DNA of 64,000 bases from Eledone cirrhosa (taxonomy: Eukaryota): positions 28,086,001 to 28,150,000 of the forward strand of contig OZ024759.1 in assembly GCA_964016885.1 (NCBI GenBank), read 5' to 3'. Positions 29,146 through 44,693 of this stretch are shown here, in pieces. Both the position numbers and the translations under genes were made by a program. The notes under the pieces are model-generated. The model saw only the letters and a list, made by a program, of their open reading frames with translations. It was not told the DNA's origin and did no database searches. Each line of letters starts with the position of its first letter. Position 1 is the first letter of the stretch.

Positions 29146-30051
29146 CTATGTGTCAATAATTGTCACAAGTGTAGTGTTTGTACCAGAGTTTTCAAGTCGC
29201 TGGCTGGACTAAAAAGTCACACTCGTTCAGCGCATCGGTAGGGGTTCTCCTACATGGATATAAAGTAGTGGCCGTACTCGAAAACGAGTTGGCAGCCACT
29301 ATGTATGTATGTATGTATGTATGTATGTATGTATGTATGTATGTATGTATGTATGTATGTATGTATGTATGTATGTATGGATGGATGTATATATGTATGT
29401 ATGTATGTATGTACGTATGTATGTATGTATATGTAGGTATATGTGTGTATATGTCTGTATGTATATATATATATATATGTATGTATATGTATATATATAT
29501 GTATGTATATGTATATATATATGTATGTATATATATATATATATGTATGTATATGTATATATACATATATGTATGTATATGTATATATATATATAAATGT
29601 ATGTATATGTATATATATATATGTATGTATGCATATATGTATGTATATGTATGTATGCATATATGTATGTATATGTATATATATATATGTATGTATGCAT
29701 ATATGTATGTATATGTATATATATATATGTATGTATGCATATATATATGTATGTATATATATATATGTATATGTATGTATATATATATGTATATAAATGT
29801 ATATATATATATATATGTATATAAATGTATATATATATATATATATATATAAACGTGTGTATATATATATACACACACATATCTATATATAAATATATTT
29901 AAGCACGCACACACACACAGATATATATATATTTACATACATACACACAGTGGTAAACCACCAAATTTAAGCTTATATATATATATATATTTGATATATA
30001 TTTATCCTTATCGAGTCCTCTTTGGATTTTAGTCTTCAAATTTATTATTAT

Positions 30052-30124
<73 letters not shown>

Positions 30125-30442
30125 AAGGAAATATGTGACAATATAAACTGCAGTCTAGTGTACAAGCACAGTATATATAGAAACAGTCAAAATCCAGGTG
30201 AAAATTTAATCATACATTTAGATTGAAGATACTTGTGAAAACATAGCAAGATTTGTCTGCTATCTTAATGGAACTTTACCAAACATTATTATTAACGAGA
30301 TATACCTCAGGGAAACTATAATTTCAATTCTGACAAGTCAGCACGTATCTAGGTGGTTTAGATGTGAACGTGTATCTGTACACACACACACACACACACA
30401 GACACAGGAACACACACACATATATATATGTATATATATATG

Positions 30443-30549
<107 letters not shown>

Positions 30550-30596
30550 CTTTAATTATATATATATATATATATAGAAAGATCGATGCATATATA

Positions 30597-30645
<49 letters not shown>

Positions 30646-30949
30646 CGCTAATGTATCGTGTTGTGGTTAAGATTTTCATCTGATCATTAGTTGATTCCGT
30701 GTTGTTCGGTGCCTGTGAAAGGCACATGGGGCCAGTGTCTTAGACTATAGACACCTGTTGATAATTAACTTTATATAAATGTGTTAAAATATAAATGTAT
30801 ATTAACGTTTTCATCTTGGATATATGTCCATCATATATATATATATATGTGTGTGTGTCAAATGATCCCGCTTAGGATGAAAGCACAAATCTTTTGCTTC
30901 AACTTTTAAACTCTTAATCAATACTCAATAATAAATATTTGCTCTTCGC

Positions 30950-31009
<60 letters not shown>

Positions 31010-31012
<3 letters not shown>

Positions 31013-31280
31013 GTATAATAAACAATACAATATAATTACCTCATTACCAGAGGTTTCCCGAATAAGACGAATACAAGAAACGTCCTCATTCTTTCGTCAG
31101 ACAAGGTAAATTGCCTTGTATGACGAACGAATGAGGACATTTTGTATTCTCTTATTCGGGAAACCTATGGTAATGAGGTAATTATATTGTATTATTTATT
31201 ATACATTAAATTTAGATCTGTAACTTACATAGAGCACTCTTCATTCCTATGACTTTTTCAATTTTCAACGGAAACTACAA
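31010..31280. mobile_element. Fold-back Penelope-like terminus; intact HHR on minus (31039-31106), C3-to-A mutant on plus
   Basis: Minus CCTTGT-CTGACGA-AAGAATGAGGACG..CGTCTTATTCGG-GAAA-CC-tct-GG-TA|ATGAGG; arms 31010-31108 and 31112-31207; tail TACATAGAGCACTC. Confidence 0.85.
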
Positions 31281-31429
31281 TATTTATATATATATATATA
31301 AATCTTCCGATGAAGAACTACCATCCGAAACGTTAAAACTCTTTTTCCACGATATCAAGTGTTAAGCTATTGTTTATCATCACTGAACGTTATTGCTCTT
31401 CTGCGTTGCTTTTCCTTCTTGACTTTTTG

Positions 31430-31480
<51 letters not shown>

Positions 31481-31766
31481 TTTTATATGTTTGTGTGTGT
31501 GTACACACGCACACACGAATACACACACACATACATATATGTACACATACATACATGTACACATACATACACCAATAAACCATATATGCCTTGTCTTATC
31601 ACAATTGAAATTATAGTTTACCTGAGGTATTTCTCGTTAATAATAATGTTTGGTAAAGTTCCATTAAGATAGCAGACAAATCTTGCTATATTTTCTCAAA
31701 TATCTTCAATCTAAATATATGATTGAATTTTCACCTGGATATCTGTCTACATCTCTCTCTCTTTCT

Positions 31767-31852
<86 letters not shown>

Positions 31853-32019
31853 CATATACTGTACCGATTGTGTTGTTATTTCTGTTTACCTTTTACATAC
31901 ATACATATATATATATTTATATATATATATATATATATCAAATAAACGGAACCAACAAAGTTGACAATACAGTACAATGAAGAACTATACTAGTTTAACG
32001 CTTGATATATTAAGAAAAG

Positions 32020-32060
32020 ACTCTTTACGTTTCAGACAGTAGTCCTTTATCAGAATATAG
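32020..32060 (-). ncRNA. Decayed hammerhead ribozyme
   Basis: CTGATAA-AGGAC-tact-GTCT-GAAA-CG-TA|AAGAG (G8A without compensation). Confidence 0.5.
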
Positions 32061-32480
32061 AATGAGAAATAAAAGATGAAATAGAAAGATAAGGAGTGAG
32101 AAGACGAAGGAATGGAAGGGAAATTTTTGAGAAAAAGTGCGGGTATATTCAGTCTGGCATTTAATACACTGTTGCTTGTAATCTATATTTGAGGGGTGCC
32201 TGTATCTGATGATCAGTAGCGTGTGTTTTGCCCAGCCGAACAGTCACCGGTCACTTTATTCAATTTAGTGTTAATTATTCATTTGGGAACCTTTTAATAT
32301 TATTATGTAATTTACTACAAAATTTCAACTTGGAATCTTCAGTTCCAAATAGACTTTATAGCTTTCTCTCTTCTGCCTTATCATAATGTTATTTCCTTTT
32401 TTTAAAGAGCTCCTCAGTGTTAACCGAAACCCTTAATAAAATATGTTGTGTGACGTCAATGAACTCTTTACCAAGAATTA

Positions 32481-32678
32481 CCGTACATACTCGAATATAA
32501 GTCGTTACAAATATAAGCTGATCCCACTATTTCAGGTCTGAGAAATAGGCAACAATCCAAACCTTATTTTCGTAGAATTTGAAGTTGGTGAAAATCATCA
32601 AAATATTGGCCCTGTATATAATTCTACCATCGATGTTTTTGCACCCTTATTCCTAGGATTATATTCGAGTATATACGG
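32481..32678. mobile_element. Tc2/pogo-like MITE
   Basis: TA|CCGTACATACTCGAATATAA ... TTATATTCGAGTATATACGG|TA. Confidence 0.85.
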
Positions 32679-33388
32679 TAGTCGTTTCCAAGTTTCCATT
32701 AGTGTTAAATCTCATAAATCAATTGAAATATTCCACTTTCCTTCATTTTAGATTTTTAATAAAAATAAAATAAAAGATCCACCCTTTCACCCTTTTTTCA
32801 TTCTATCACATGTTCCTGATTGAAGAACAACATTAAATTTCTTCTATTGGAACCCCACACGCCCGAGCAGGTGTGGATCCGACCTACCTAACCCCACCGT
32901 CTTTAGAACATTTCTAAATTATGATAAATACAACAGGTTTTAATATTTAATAAATTCATCTCGTCATAAATATTCCGTCTTTTTGACGTCTTAGATTATG
33001 TTTGTTTGGCCTCTCTGCATTACAAAATTTCTTGTACATTAAAAAAAGAATAATCACTTTAAAGACACTTTAATATTGCTATGGCAGCAGAAATAACACC
33101 GTATTCAAATGAAGGTCATCTAGGGGAACATCGGTTTTGGGTTTCATGCAAATATTTGTTTCAATGTTCCAACATGTTATGACACTTCAACAGAGAAAGC
33201 CATTATGCTTAAAACAAACAAATACCATTGCTCTGGCAATATCTCTATGACGACAATAGTAATCTACGGGTTTGTAGTATAATGTCTAACAGCCTTTTGA
33301 ATAAAATAAATTAAAATATAATATAATATAATATAATATAATATAATATAATATAATATAATATAATATAATATAGCATAATATAATA

Positions 33389-33697
33389 TAATTGTTTCTA
33401 CTTTCTGGCAGAAGGCCAGCAATTACCCAGTGCATTACTGGTACTTTATTTTATCGATCTCGTAAAGATGAAAGGCAAAGTTAACCTCGGCGGGATTTGA
33501 ACTCAGAATGGCAAGGGCGGTAACTCTATGCGTCAAAGCATAGTATAATATAATATAATTGTTTCTACTTTTGGCACAAGGCATTACTGGTACTTTATTT
33601 TATCGACCCCGTAAGAATGAAAGGCAAAGTTAACCTCAGCGGGATTTGAACTCAGACCGTAAAGGGACGTAAACGGTCTGAGTTCAAATCCCGCCGA
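33389..33697 (-). mobile_element. Two 5'-truncated SINE copies, the second with a short inverted end
   Basis: SINE body twice; 33673-33697 is the reverse complement of the preceding B-box segment. Confidence 0.8.
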
Positions 33698-34083
33698 TGT
33701 AATGTAATATGTTTTTAATCGAAAATTGTAGACAAAGGCTTAATTACCACTTTCTACGTGTAGCACAAAAATGATATTTTGTATAAAAATCTAAATTTAA
33801 GAACAAAAATAAATTTCGTTTTATTAGTCACTTGAGCTGGAGTGGACATGGCTGATGAAATCTATTAGATACTCTCAGTGGGTGGACACGACTAAAATAC
33901 TATATTAGTCTCTCTCAAGGGGTGGATAAGACTGACATAGTTTTACAACTCTCTTTTTAATTGTCGTAAATAAATTGAAACTGGTCATAAATGTCAGCTT
34001 TATCTGATAAATGAAATAGAGCGAAGACAATATAATATATCTTCATTAATTATCGATATTTTTTCTCTCGTTATTTTCTTTAG

Positions 34084-34095
34084 ACGCAAGAACAG
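34084..34095 (+). CDS. Candidate 12-nt microexon
   Basis: TTTTTTCTCTCGTTATTTTCTTTAG|ACGCAAGAACAG|GTAAGA; frame-preserving, no stop in any frame. Confidence 0.6.
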
Positions 34096-34469
34096 GTAAG
34101 ATTTTGAAGATGAGACATATTTGTGATCAATATATTATTTAAATAATTCTATTTCCTTACATCAACACAACAAATCTACAATCTTGTATATCTATTTAAT
34201 AATTCATTCTTCCACATTACGGTAAAGTACAGTGAAGGTCATACTATTCTGTGGAGGTCAGAATAAAATAGAAACATACCTGAAACTTATTAATATTTCG
34301 GATATATTTTTCAGAAGCCATGGTTTCTTCCTAACCTTCCTCCCACCAAAGGTCAAGGCTACCACCCTTCTTCTTACTGAGTTATATAAAATAGATATTG
34401 TCACTGGCGAGAGACGAACTCAGGCCTCTCATGCGTTCTCACTTATTTCCAACTACATTGTATAAATAT

Positions 34470-34850
34470 ATATCAAATATAGTTTTCTCTATATCTAATA
34501 CCATAGCATCTATTAATATTAAATATAGTTCTCTCTATATGATACTATGACCTCTATTAATATCAAATATACTTCTCTATGTACATGACACCATGGCATA
34601 AACTATTACCAATTATAGATATCTAAATATCTGACACCATGTCACCTATTAATATCAAAAATAGTTCTCTCTCTCTATATATATGATATCATAGTATAAA
34701 TTAATATCAAATGTAGTTATCTAAATGAAACAACAGGATATAAACAACTTTCAAATATAATTATCTAACTATATGATACCATGGCTTCCATTAATATCAA
34801 ACATAGTTATCTAAATATATGACACCATTATATAAACTGATACCACACAA
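34470..34850. repeat. Degenerate minisatellite, about 44-bp period
   Basis: Recurring TTAATATCAAATATAGTT..CT..ATAT.TGA(C/T)ACCATG. Confidence 0.7.
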
Positions 34851-34917
34851 CCTAACTATTCACAGTGTACACACACTCACACACAAACACTAGATAAAAT
34901 GAAGTTTCGTTTATACA

Positions 34918-34951
<34 letters not shown>

Positions 34952-35243
34952 GTATGTTTTCTCTTTCTCTTAATTTTGAGTATATTTTTTTGACCGGCCA
35001 CCTTCCTGGTGGCAAGGTTGTAAAAGAAAAGAAATTGTCATCCCTTGAATCGCAAAAATGTTTTGCAAATTTTGAAGGTGCCAGCTATCGCAGCCATTTG
35101 TAGACTATGAATTAGGGAGCTGCGCTTTTTGTCCGCAAATCCAAGTTCAGTCATACTTTGGTCCAAGCGGGTTGGTATATAACCCGTATGTATGTATATA
35201 TATATATGTATGTATGTATGTATATATATATGTATGTATGTAT

Positions 35244-35281
<38 letters not shown>

Positions 35282-35296
35282 GTATGTATGTATGTG

Positions 35297-35331
<35 letters not shown>

Positions 35332-35458
35332 GTATGTATGTGTATATATATATATATATGTATATATATATGTATATATATATATATGTATATATATATG
35401 TATATGTATATATGTGTATGTATATATATATATGTATGTATATATATATGTATGTATG

Positions 35459-35489
<31 letters not shown>

Positions 35490-35728
35490 GTATATGTATA
35501 TATGTGTATGTGTATATATGTGTATGTATATATATATGTATGTATATATATGTATATATATATATATATGTATGTATATATATATATGTATGTATGTATA
35601 TGTATGTATATCTATATATCTATGTATATATATATCTATGTATATATATGTATGTACATATATATATATGTATGTACATATATATATGGATGTATATATA
35701 TGTATATATTTATATATATATATGTATG

Positions 35729-35762
<34 letters not shown>

Positions 35763-35784
35763 TAGGTATGTATTTATTAAAATA

Positions 35785-35860
35785 ACAGATTACAGGTTAA
35801 GCAAAGAATCGCTGCTTTCACCCTTAACGGGATCTTCTGAAACTAATAAAGTCAATCTGT
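35785..35860 (-). ncRNA. Hammerhead-like motif with CAGAAGA core
   Basis: Near-identical to 15739-15814. Confidence 0.65.
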
Positions 35861-35941
35861 AAACGCAGAAGTGAATATTTCAAAAAACGTTGCAACCGGG
35901 GGAAGACAGGAAGAGGATACTTTGGTTCGTGGAAACATTCC

Positions 35942-36532
35942 CTGGCAAAGAATGGGGAAAAACGAATATAATACGTCATTATTTGGAGCGGTGAAAAAAA
36001 ATTACACGCAAAGACAAACCCACGTTTATGGTATAAAAGAAGTCGTAGGCTAATATTCCATTAGGTGGTTCATAGAGACGTTCTCTGGCAATGAACGGAA
36101 AAAACGAAGATAATACGTCATTATTTGGAGCGGTGAAAAAAAATTACACGCAAAGACAAACCCACGTTTATGGTATAAAAGAAGTCGTAGGCTAATATTC
36201 CATTAGGTGGTTCATAGAGACGTTCTCTGGCAATGAACGGAAAAAACGAAGATAATACGTCATTATTTGGTGCGGTGAAAAACAATTTCACGCAAAGACA
36301 AACCCACGTTTATGGTATAAAAGAAGTCGTAGGCTAATATTCTATTAGGTGGTTCATAGAGACGTTCTCTGGCAATGAACGGAAAAAACGAAGATAATAC
36401 GTCATTATTTGGTGCGATGAAAAACAATTTCACGCAAAGACAAACCCACGTTTATGGTATAAAAGAAGTCGTAGGCTAATATTCCATTAGGTGGTTCATA
36501 GAGACGTTCTCTGGCAATGAACGGAAAAAACG
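35942..36532. repeat. 142-bp tandem repeat, about 4 near-identical copies
   Basis: ATACGTCATTATTTGG at 35971, 36113, 36255 and 36397. Confidence 0.95.
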
Positions 36533-36700
36533 TTTTTGTCTTTGCGTGTAATTGTTTTTTACCGCTCCAAATAATTGCTCTACGGTTCTTATATATTTGA
36601 TATATATTTATACTTATCTAGCCCTCTTTGGATTTTAGTCTTCGAATTTATTATTATTACTATATATATATATATATACATATGTATATATATATATGTA

Positions 36701-36890
<190 letters not shown>

Positions 36891-37041
36891 TATATATATA
36901 TATATACATACATATATATATAGGGAAAATATCTGCCGTCGGGGTCATACTTTTTTCCTATTTCCAACTCTACCACCCTAAGTATTGAGTACTCTGGTGC
37001 GTTATGGTCCATCTGGTTCCTTACCACAATTCTTTTGTTAC

Positions 37042-37123
<82 letters not shown>

Positions 37124-37124
37124 A

Positions 37125-37157
<33 letters not shown>

Positions 37158-37158
37158 A

Positions 37159-37235
<77 letters not shown>

Positions 37236-37236
37236 A

Positions 37237-37304
<68 letters not shown>

Positions 37305-37305
37305 T

Positions 37306-37374
<69 letters not shown>

Positions 37375-37968
37375 AGTGTAATCATGAACGTCTCAAGAAT
37401 ATAATTGATATTCTGAATATTAACATCTCAACTAACAGGTTTATTTATATACAAGGGGTGTATATATATATATATATGTGTGTGTATGTTTGGTTGTATC
37501 TTTGTATATATGTGCCTATATGTCTGTGTGTATATATGCTTGTGTGTCTTTGTGTATGTTTGGTTGTATCGCTGTATATATATGTTTGTGTTAATGTGTA
37601 TATAAATGTGTTTGTGTTACTGTGTGTATATGAGTCTACGTTTCTGTGTATATATGTGCCTATGTGTATGTGTATATATACGCTTGTGTTTCTGTGTATA
37701 TGTTTGGTTGTATATATATATATATGTTTGTGTGTCTGTGTATATATATATGTTTGTGTGTCTGTGTATATGTATATGTTTGTGTGTCTGTGTATATATA
37801 TATATATGTGTTTGTGTTACTGTGTGTATATATATGTTTGTGTGTCTGTGTATATATATATATGTGTGTTTGTGTGTCTGTGTGTATATATATATGTTTG
37901 TGTGTCTGTGTATATATATGTTTGTGTTACTGTGTATATATATATATATATATATATGTTTGTGTGTC

Positions 37969-38012
<44 letters not shown>

Positions 38013-38320
38013 TGTGTGTCTGTATATATATATGTGTGTCTATGTGTGTATGTGTATATATGTGTCTATGTGTCTATATATCTTCACACACAACAGTAAT
38101 GGAATGTCATTAGTTTCCACAAGTTATTAAGCTTACATTAGACCATTAACAAAAGAGGAAACAGTGTTTGCGTGGTACCAGTAATTACAACTAGGAAAGA
38201 TTCACCAAAATATTTGAAAGTCTAAAGTTTATTGGGTGTGTGACGTCAGCGTTTTGTTCTGTCTTGGCAACATTCTTGAAAATAACACAATCGATATTAT
38301 TACTGCTTCTACTCACACAC

Positions 38321-38378
<58 letters not shown>

Positions 38379-38443
38379 TGCTTCTGTGCCTATATATATA
38401 TATATAGATATTTATATTTATATACACACACATATATATATAA

Positions 38444-38554
<111 letters not shown>

Positions 38555-38578
38555 TACATATATGCATATATGTATATA

Positions 38579-38642
<64 letters not shown>

Positions 38643-38666
38643 TACATATATGCATATATGTATATA

Positions 38667-38720
<54 letters not shown>

Positions 38721-38736
38721 TGCATATATGTATATA

Positions 38737-38784
<48 letters not shown>

Positions 38785-38819
38785 TATTTATATTTATATA
38801 CACACACATATATATATAA

Positions 38820-38857
<38 letters not shown>

Positions 38858-38881
38858 GTATATATATATATATATATATAT

Positions 38882-38944
<63 letters not shown>

Positions 38945-38960
38945 TGCATATATGTATATA

Positions 38961-39007
<47 letters not shown>

Positions 39008-39008
39008 A

Positions 39009-39208
39009 TATAGGAAAAAGTATGACTCCGACGGCAGAGCTCAAGCCGTTTCGAGTCCAGAAATAGCCGTCGACGGCTATTTCTGGACTCGAAACGGCTT
39101 GAGCTCTGCCGTCGGGGTCATACTTTTTCCTATTTCCCACTCTACTACCCTAAGTAATGTGTACTCTGATGCATTATGGTCCATCTGGTTCCTTACCACA
39201 ATTCCTTT

Positions 39209-39210
<2 letters not shown>
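39009..39210. mobile_element. Near-perfect ~125-bp palindrome plus tail; 3' half of an HHR (Penelope-like terminus)
   Basis: Centre GCCGTCGACGGC; GGACTC-GAAA-CGGC-ttgagctct-GCCG-TC|GGGGTCA gives stem III and a GUC triplet; CTGANGA absent. Confidence 0.75.
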
Positions 39211-39293
<83 letters not shown>

Positions 39294-39323
39294 TGCATAT
39301 ATGCATATATATATATACATATA

Positions 39324-39379
<56 letters not shown>

Positions 39380-39731
39380 CATATATGCATATATATATGC
39401 ATATATATATATATGCATATATATATATGCGTATATATATGTATATATATATGCGTATATATTTGTATACATATATATGTATGTATATGTATATGCATAT
39501 ATATAAATATACATATATATATATATGCATATATATATGGATATATATATGTATATGTATATATGTATATGTATATTTATATATGTAAATATACATACAT
39601 ATATATATATGCATATATATATGCATATATATATATATATATATATGCATATATATATATATATATGCATATATATATATATATGTATGTATATATAATA
39701 CATATATAATACATATATGGTTATATATATA

Positions 39732-39801
<70 letters not shown>

Positions 39802-42436
39802 TATATATATATATGTATATATAATACATATATAATACATATATGGTTATACATATACTCATATATATATATATATATATACATACATGTATATATATAT
39901 ATATATACATATTCATATACATATATGCATATATATATATATACATACATATATGCATATATATATATATACATACATATATGCATATATATATTTACAT
40001 ACATATATGCATAAACATATACATATATGAATATATATATATATACTTACATATATGCATATATATATATATATAGACACACACAGACACACACACATAT
40101 ATATATAGGTGTTGAATATCACCCATATATAGTCATATAGATTACAAAGCAAGTTCAGTCTATTTTCATCACCCTTTCACCATTTCCTTTATCTTTCAAC
40201 CATCTTTGGCAGATTCAATTTTCTTTTAACATTTAACAAATATTTTTTTCTGCTCTTCGTTTGTTTATTTTCCGTCTGGTTTGACCGGCATTAAACCTAT
40301 ATTCGCAGAATATAGTCTTCTTTACATCTAACATATCTTCATAAAATGTTGAACCTTTGTGTAAATTAAATCGTAAATTTATTACAGTATTTAGACAAAT
40401 CAAATAATGCAATTTTTTCATACATGTATAATTGTGTGGATCGTCTGCTAAGTAGCCATTGTTAAACAATGAATCTTTTATATGTCGGTGTTGTTGTTAC
40501 TGTTGTTGTGGTTGTTTTTCGTTTAGAGAGGCAGAGAGAGGGAGAGTGAGGGGGAAGGGAGAGTGAGAGAGCCAGAGAGAGAGGAAGGGAGAAAGAAAGA
40601 GGAATAGAGATTGTTGTAATTCTTGATGCCGTTGGTGTTGTTACTGCTGTTGTAATTATTTCTTTTAGTGAGAGAGAGAGAGAAAGAAAGAAAGAAAGAG
40701 AGTGAGAAGGAAAGAGAAAGAAAGAGTGTGGGTGAGTGAGAGAGAGAGTGAGAGAGAGAGAATTCCTGTAATTCTTGATGCTGTTGGTGTTGTTGTTACT
40801 GCTTTTTGTAGCGAGAGAGAGAGAGAAATAATGAAAGAAAGAGAGAGTGGGAGCAAGAGAGAGAGAGAGAGAGAGAGTGAGAGAGAACCCCCCTCAAAAC
40901 ATTTTTGTCTCAATCAAGGGATTTAAAATTCAATTTTAAAATTTCCCTGGCTTTTGTCTTTATCTTTCTGGAGATTTCAATTGTTGAGCCACCAACAAAT
41001 TATATTCTTTGTATCACCAAATATTCTTTCAAATGATCTGAATATATAACATAATTTTCATAAAAGAAACTCCCTTGATTTTCTCTCACTTTGTTTACAC
41101 ATCTAGCAAATAAAACATAAATAAATAGTATTAGCTCCATCTTGGCACATTGAATTTCGTTTTCATTTCTATTTCATTCTATATATTTCATTATTTTATC
41201 TCATATACAACCATTAGGTGGTATTTCAATAGAATGACTCCCTCTAGAAATATATTTTAAAAATGTTCTTAGAAGCAACATTAAAGTTTCCACAAGAGAT
41301 ATATTCAACACCTGCTGGAATGTACCAAGTTTATAATCTAATTTATCTCCCTTTGTTTATGTTATATCTTTCTTTTTCTCTTTATTTTGTATTTTTATCG
41401 TATTTATTTTTTATTGCCTCCGTCTTTGTTTATTGTATATAACCTTTTTAACTCTTGGTACGATTATCTTCTAGATCTTTCTCATATCCTCTTGATAAAA
41501 ATAATATCTATTATCTCTTGTGAAATTTCGATAATATTATTAGTTCCTCTAAGTGGTGAGATATGTAGAACAAGAGGTATGTTTCACAAGAGATAAAACT
41601 GTGATTCTGTTTCGATTCTATATCGAGGAAACTTCTCTTATATGACCAATATTGAAGGATGGAGAAACACGTCAGATCCAACCAAAATATTGCCACAAAA
41701 ATACCGGGTGACTTTACCTCACCAAGAATAATGGCTTCTATAGATTTTTAACATTGGCACAAAAGTAAATATGTCTTCGAGAAGGTGGAGGTGATAATAA
41801 TGGCTCCAGTATTTAACTGATACTTTATTATATGGTCTCTTAATGCTAGATGGAGTTGTAGGGTCTCCTAGTGGCATATGGCGTTTTCGGGGCCTCTTAA
41901 GCTTGGCAGAGATAGCTTCTGTAGATTTTTTAACATTGACACAAGAGTAAATATGTCTTCGAGAAGGTGGAGCTGATAATAACGATTCTAGTTTATAATA
42001 TAAAAAAAAAAAACTATCGCAATAAAGAGACGGAAATATGAAAAAGAGAAAGAAAAAAGGGGGGATTTAAACAGTGAAAGAAAGGAATATGGGGAAGGGG
42101 CGACTGGATCTACACCCCAGTTTGAGCGGTACTTCAGCTGTGCCCAACGAATAAACTAGCAAAGGTATTGCCGTGGAGAATGGCCAGCGGCACTCGCTCC
42201 AGTATTTAATTGATATTTTATTTTATTGAACTAGAAACTTATATATATATATGCATATGTATGTATAAATACGTATATGTGCGTGTATATATATATAGAT
42301 GTGTGTGTGTGTATAAATACGTATATGTATGTATATATATACATATATGTATATGAATGTATATATATATATATATATGTATATATATACGTATATGCAC
42401 GTATATATATATATATACACATATATATATATGTAC

Positions 42437-42594
<158 letters not shown>

Positions 42595-42920
42595 ATGCAT
42601 TTTTAATAGTCGTGGCTGATGATACGTTGGTTTTGTTTATTTTCAAAATCTGATACGTATAATTTATGGATAGCGTGTGGTAGTATTATTTGACTTCGTA
42701 ATAATCGTGTGTAAACCTCCACAATGTCTCATTTTTGTAAAAGTACAAAACCTCCTGACCCTCTACTACTGCTTATAGTAAATATGATTTTAATGGTGAT
42801 ACCTAATTATGATATCGAGAAAGATAATATATCCGGAGTGCTGCTATCACATTTATATTTACGTCTATTTTAGTGATTTTAATAATACTTGATGTTACTG
42901 CTATGTAGAATTGATAACGA

Positions 42921-43052
42921 GGAAGCGAATTGGCAGAGTCGTTAGAATGTCAGATAGAATGTTTTATGGTATTCGTTTCGTCTCTCTGAGTTCAATTTTG
43001 CCTTTCATCCTCTAGAGGTCGACAAAAAAAGTACCAGTCTAGTACTGGGATC
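42921..43052 (+). mobile_element. Old diverged SINE
   Basis: TTGGCAGAGTCGTTAGA..GAGTTCAA..GCCTTTCATCCTCTAGAGGTCGA. Confidence 0.7.
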
Positions 43053-43102
43053 AATTCTTCCTCTATATCTTTTTCTCTCCCTCACACACTTTCTAGCTTT
43101 CT

Positions 43103-43302
43103 NNNNNNNNNNNNNNNNNNNNNNNNNNNNNNNNNNNNNNNNNNNNNNNNNNNNNNNNNNNNNNNNNNNNNNNNNNNNNNNNNNNNNNNNNNNNNNNNNN
43201 NNNNNNNNNNNNNNNNNNNNNNNNNNNNNNNNNNNNNNNNNNNNNNNNNNNNNNNNNNNNNNNNNNNNNNNNNNNNNNNNNNNNNNNNNNNNNNNNNNNN
43301 NN
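43103..43302. other. Assembly gap (200 N)
   Basis: Run of N. Confidence 1.
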
Positions 43303-43386
43303 TTTTCCTATTACCCACTCTACTACCCAGTATCGAGTACTTTGGTGCGTTATGGTCCACCTGGTTACTTACCAAACTTCCTTCGT

Positions 43387-43417
<31 letters not shown>

Positions 43418-43658
43418 GTATAACATGATTCAACATCGAAGATGGATGAGTTGCATAACGTCGAGTGTTTTTCGCGTATTACGTCATGGCTAACACTGCA
43501 GAATTCTAACCAGTGGTAAACCATCAACTTTAGACGTGTATATATATATATATTCGAAAGTAACGTTTTTTAGTATATCCCATACTGGTAAAAGCATAGA
43601 AAAAATAAGCTGAAAATGTAATTGGAGTCCTTAAGAAGGTTCATTTACAATAACTTAT

Positions 43659-43698
43659 AACTCTACCGGTTTCACAAGTTTCATGTTTTTCAAAGATT
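43659..43698 (-). ncRNA. Hammerhead variant, U3-A8 core, weak stems
   Basis: AATCT-TTGAAAA-ACA-tgaaact-TGT-GAAA-CCGG-TA|GAGTT. Confidence 0.5.
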
Positions 43699-44058
43699 AA
43701 GAGAGATGGAGAGATGTGTGGCTGTGCCGACTTGTAACTCACGTCAGAGGCCTTACGTCCAGTTATGTTTCGAAACATTTATAGACCTATCTGAATTTTA
43801 TTGTGTAGGAAAGACATTTGGATTCATTGTTGGTTCTATTGTATTTCCAGTCATTGCCCAGCGATTAGAATAGAAACCTGTAAAACGCGTCTCGTAACAT
43901 TAAAATGGCTTCCATGACCGGTACTACGACACCTTGGAATTTGATTGGTTGATAACAAAGACGAATTCAATCACTTGTAATTCGACTACATGTAATGTTA
44001 CATCGCATTATTGACTGAATTAATAAAGGAAGTGTGTGAATATATATGTATACATAGT

Positions 44059-44117
<59 letters not shown>

Positions 44118-44135
44118 CATATATATATGTATATA

Positions 44136-44229
<94 letters not shown>

Positions 44230-44298
44230 AAAATACATATCTATGTATATATATATAAAAATACATATCTATCTATATATATATATATATATACATAC

Positions 44299-44335
<37 letters not shown>

Positions 44336-44481
44336 CATATATATATAAAGATATATATATTATTTATATCATATATATAATGTATATATTATATACATAC
44401 ATATATATATATAGATATATAAAGATATATATGTTATTTATATTATATATATAATGTATATATTAAATACATACACACACC

Positions 44482-44563
<82 letters not shown>

Positions 44564-44640
44564 TATATATGTATATATATACATATATATATATATATGT
44601 ATATATATAATGTATATATTATATACATACGCACACACAC

Positions 44641-44693
<53 letters not shown>

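Noticed and set aside
31302-31340. CCGATGA...GAAACGTTA motif
   Set aside because: Probably a decayed HHR, but stems are too weak to call.
35942-36532. Possible CRISPR-like array
   Set aside because: Whole 142-bp units are repeated with no unique spacers; eukaryotic context.
41731-41982. About 70-bp direct duplication; similar small ones near 40615/40767, 54292/54332 and 58111/58182
   Set aside because: Ordinary local duplications with no further structure.
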